Source: a candidate division WOR-3 bacterium (GTDB lineage Bacteria; Hydrothermota; Tepidihabitantia; Tepidihabitantales; Tepidihabitantaceae). Taken from it: a DNA stretch of 18,511 nucleotides. Below, in pieces: positions 17,181 to 18,511 of this stretch; the first letter of the stretch is position 1, and each line of letters opens with the position of its first letter. A model generated the notes under the pieces. The model ran no database searches. It had not been told where the DNA came from and was given only the letters and a program-made list of their open reading frames with translations. The stretch spans positions 1-18,511 of the forward strand of contig JBBISL010000029.1 in assembly GCA_037441285.1 (NCBI GenBank). The letters are read 5' to 3'. A program made the translations under genes and the position numbers.

Positions 17181-17816
17181 TTAGTTGTGCAGGACGAAGA
17201 AAATCCAGGACTCCTCGTCGGTTGGGTCGTCCGCCAGCGGGTCCAGGTCGTACATCGGATATGCGACATCACGACCAAACCCGTAGATGCCGTACTCCTG
17301 AGGGGTCTCGTTCCCGATTTCCGGCACATAGGTCATAATGCCGATACCACCTGGATACTCAGGTGTACCGCCGGCATCAAGGTACGGACACTCGTCGTCG
17401 CTACCCCGAAGCTGGGCGTTCTGACCCGGCTCCAGTTCGCCGAAGAAGTCCTCGTAGTTCAGGTCCATCTCGTCCTTGTCCTCGTCGTTGTAGCGCTTAC
17501 CATCGTACGGATTGACCGGGAAGTTGCCGGGCTTGGGTTCGCCATCGATGCCCACCGGGTCGCCACCCGGGAACCACAGACAAATCCCAGCCTCGTCATA
17601 CGGATCCCAGGTCACATCCTCGTTCGGATAGTTGCCGAAGTGGTCAACCGCATAAGCCTCGAGAGCGGTCTGGATTACGTGCATATTGTTCTTCACCGAA
17701 GAACGACGGGCACGCTCCTGGAACAGAACGAAGTTCGGGATGATCAGAGCGAGCAAGATACCGATAATCAGGATGACCACGAGCAGCTCGATCAGCGTAA
17801 AGCCTCTGTTCTTCAT
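17181..17816 (-). CDS. pilA: Probable major type IVa pilin
   Basis: MKNRG|FTLIELLVVILIIGILLALIIPNF. Own promoter, strong SD AAGGAGGTG, own terminator and strongly C/G-ending codons all fit a highly expressed monocistronic major pilin. Confidence 0.88.
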   Translation of the reverse strand: MKNRGFTLIELLVVILIIGILLALIIPNFVLFQERARRSSVKNNMHVIQTALEAYAVDHFGNYPNEDVTWDPYDEAGICLWFPGGDPVGIDGEPKPGNFPVNPYDGKRYNDEDKDEMDLNYEDFFGELEPGQNAQLRGSDDECPYLDAGGTPEYPGGIGIMTYVPEIGNETPQEYGIYGFGRDVAYPMYDLDPLADDPTDEESWIFFVLHN

Positions 17817-17943
17817 TTTAGTGCACCTCCTTTCTTTTTAGGGATATGAGACCAGAAGAAACGGGAATGGCCCAACCAAACCTCTTGTTGAGTGGGTAAA
17901 AAAAGGGTAGTTGAGCGCATCGCATTTTTCTGCTCTCACTAAT

Positions 17944-17971
17944 AATATACCAAAAAATCTAATCCTGTCAA
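17944..17971 (-). promoter_or_regulatory. sigma70-like promoter for the major pilin
   Basis: TTGACA (17971-17966), 16 bp, extended TGn-TATATT (17949-17944); A/T tract immediately upstream resembles an UP element. Confidence 0.7.
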
Positions 17972-17995
17972 GAAAAATTTTAAAGAAAATAAAAA

Positions 17996-18112
17996 CCCGG
18001 CAGCGACCTACTCTCCCACGCCGTTACCAGCGCAGTACCATCGGCCCTGGAGGGCTTAACGACTCTGTTCGGAATGGGAAGAGGTGTTTCCCCTCCGGTA
18101 TCACCGCCGGGA
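17996..18112 (-). rRNA. rrf: 5S ribosomal RNA
   Basis: Minus strand TCCCGGCGGTGATACCGGAGGGGAAACACCTCTTCCCATTCCGAACAGAGTCGTTAAGCCC...GATGGTACTG...GGGAGAGTAGGTCGCTGCCGGG; terminal helix pairs; ~117 nt. Confidence 0.97.
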
Positions 18113-18161
18113 ATCTTACTCCAGATTGTTAACAATTTAAAGGAGAAGAAGCAAGCTGACG

Positions 18162-18511
<350 letters not shown>

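Noticed and set aside
11238..17816. Pilin antigenic-variation cassettes, shufflon or diversity-generating retroelement
   Set aside because: All five pilins are intact with their own leaders; no long near-identical DNA repeats, recombinase or reverse transcriptase were seen.
17082..17849. 255-aa plus-strand ORF
   Set aside because: Antisense shadow of the pilin gene caused by its biased codon usage; it also crosses a terminator and a promoter.
17817..17940. c-di-GMP riboswitch in the pilin leader
   Set aside because: The characteristic GEMM motifs were not recognisable by eye; an Rfam/Infernal scan would settle it.
18113..18161. tRNA in the 23S-5S spacer
   Set aside because: Only ~49 bp, with no cloverleaf.

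Overview
Bacterial chromosomal window from a diderm (secretin and OmpA-like protein present). The lineage cannot be fixed from sequence alone; an FCB-affiliated candidate phylum such as WOR-3 is an unverified impression. Left: 5' part of a biotin carboxylase gene (accC-like, minus strand, missed by the ORF track), a ~520-bp intergenic region with a degenerate 12/24-bp repeat, a DedA/TVP38 membrane protein, and a divergent large OmpA-family protein. Middle (4382-17816, all minus): a ~13.4-kb type IV filament locus. It holds two paralogous, very acidic, aromatic-rich pilins ending in FVLHN, a PilH/PilI/PilG-like ABC module, three paralogous GspG-like minor pilins with a shared insertion, a fused PilM-PilN, PilO, two membrane-anchored PilP/GspC-like proteins (one extremely basic), PilQ, PilT and PilD. 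PilB, PilC and PilY1 are not in the window. Right: 5S rRNA and the 3' end of 23S rRNA, lying directly upstream of the major pilin promoter. Seven sigma70-like promoters were read by eye. All have TTGAC(A/T), a 16-bp spacer and a -10-like hexamer, and four predict leaderless or near-leaderless mRNAs that revise ORF-track start codons. Residue counts are manual.
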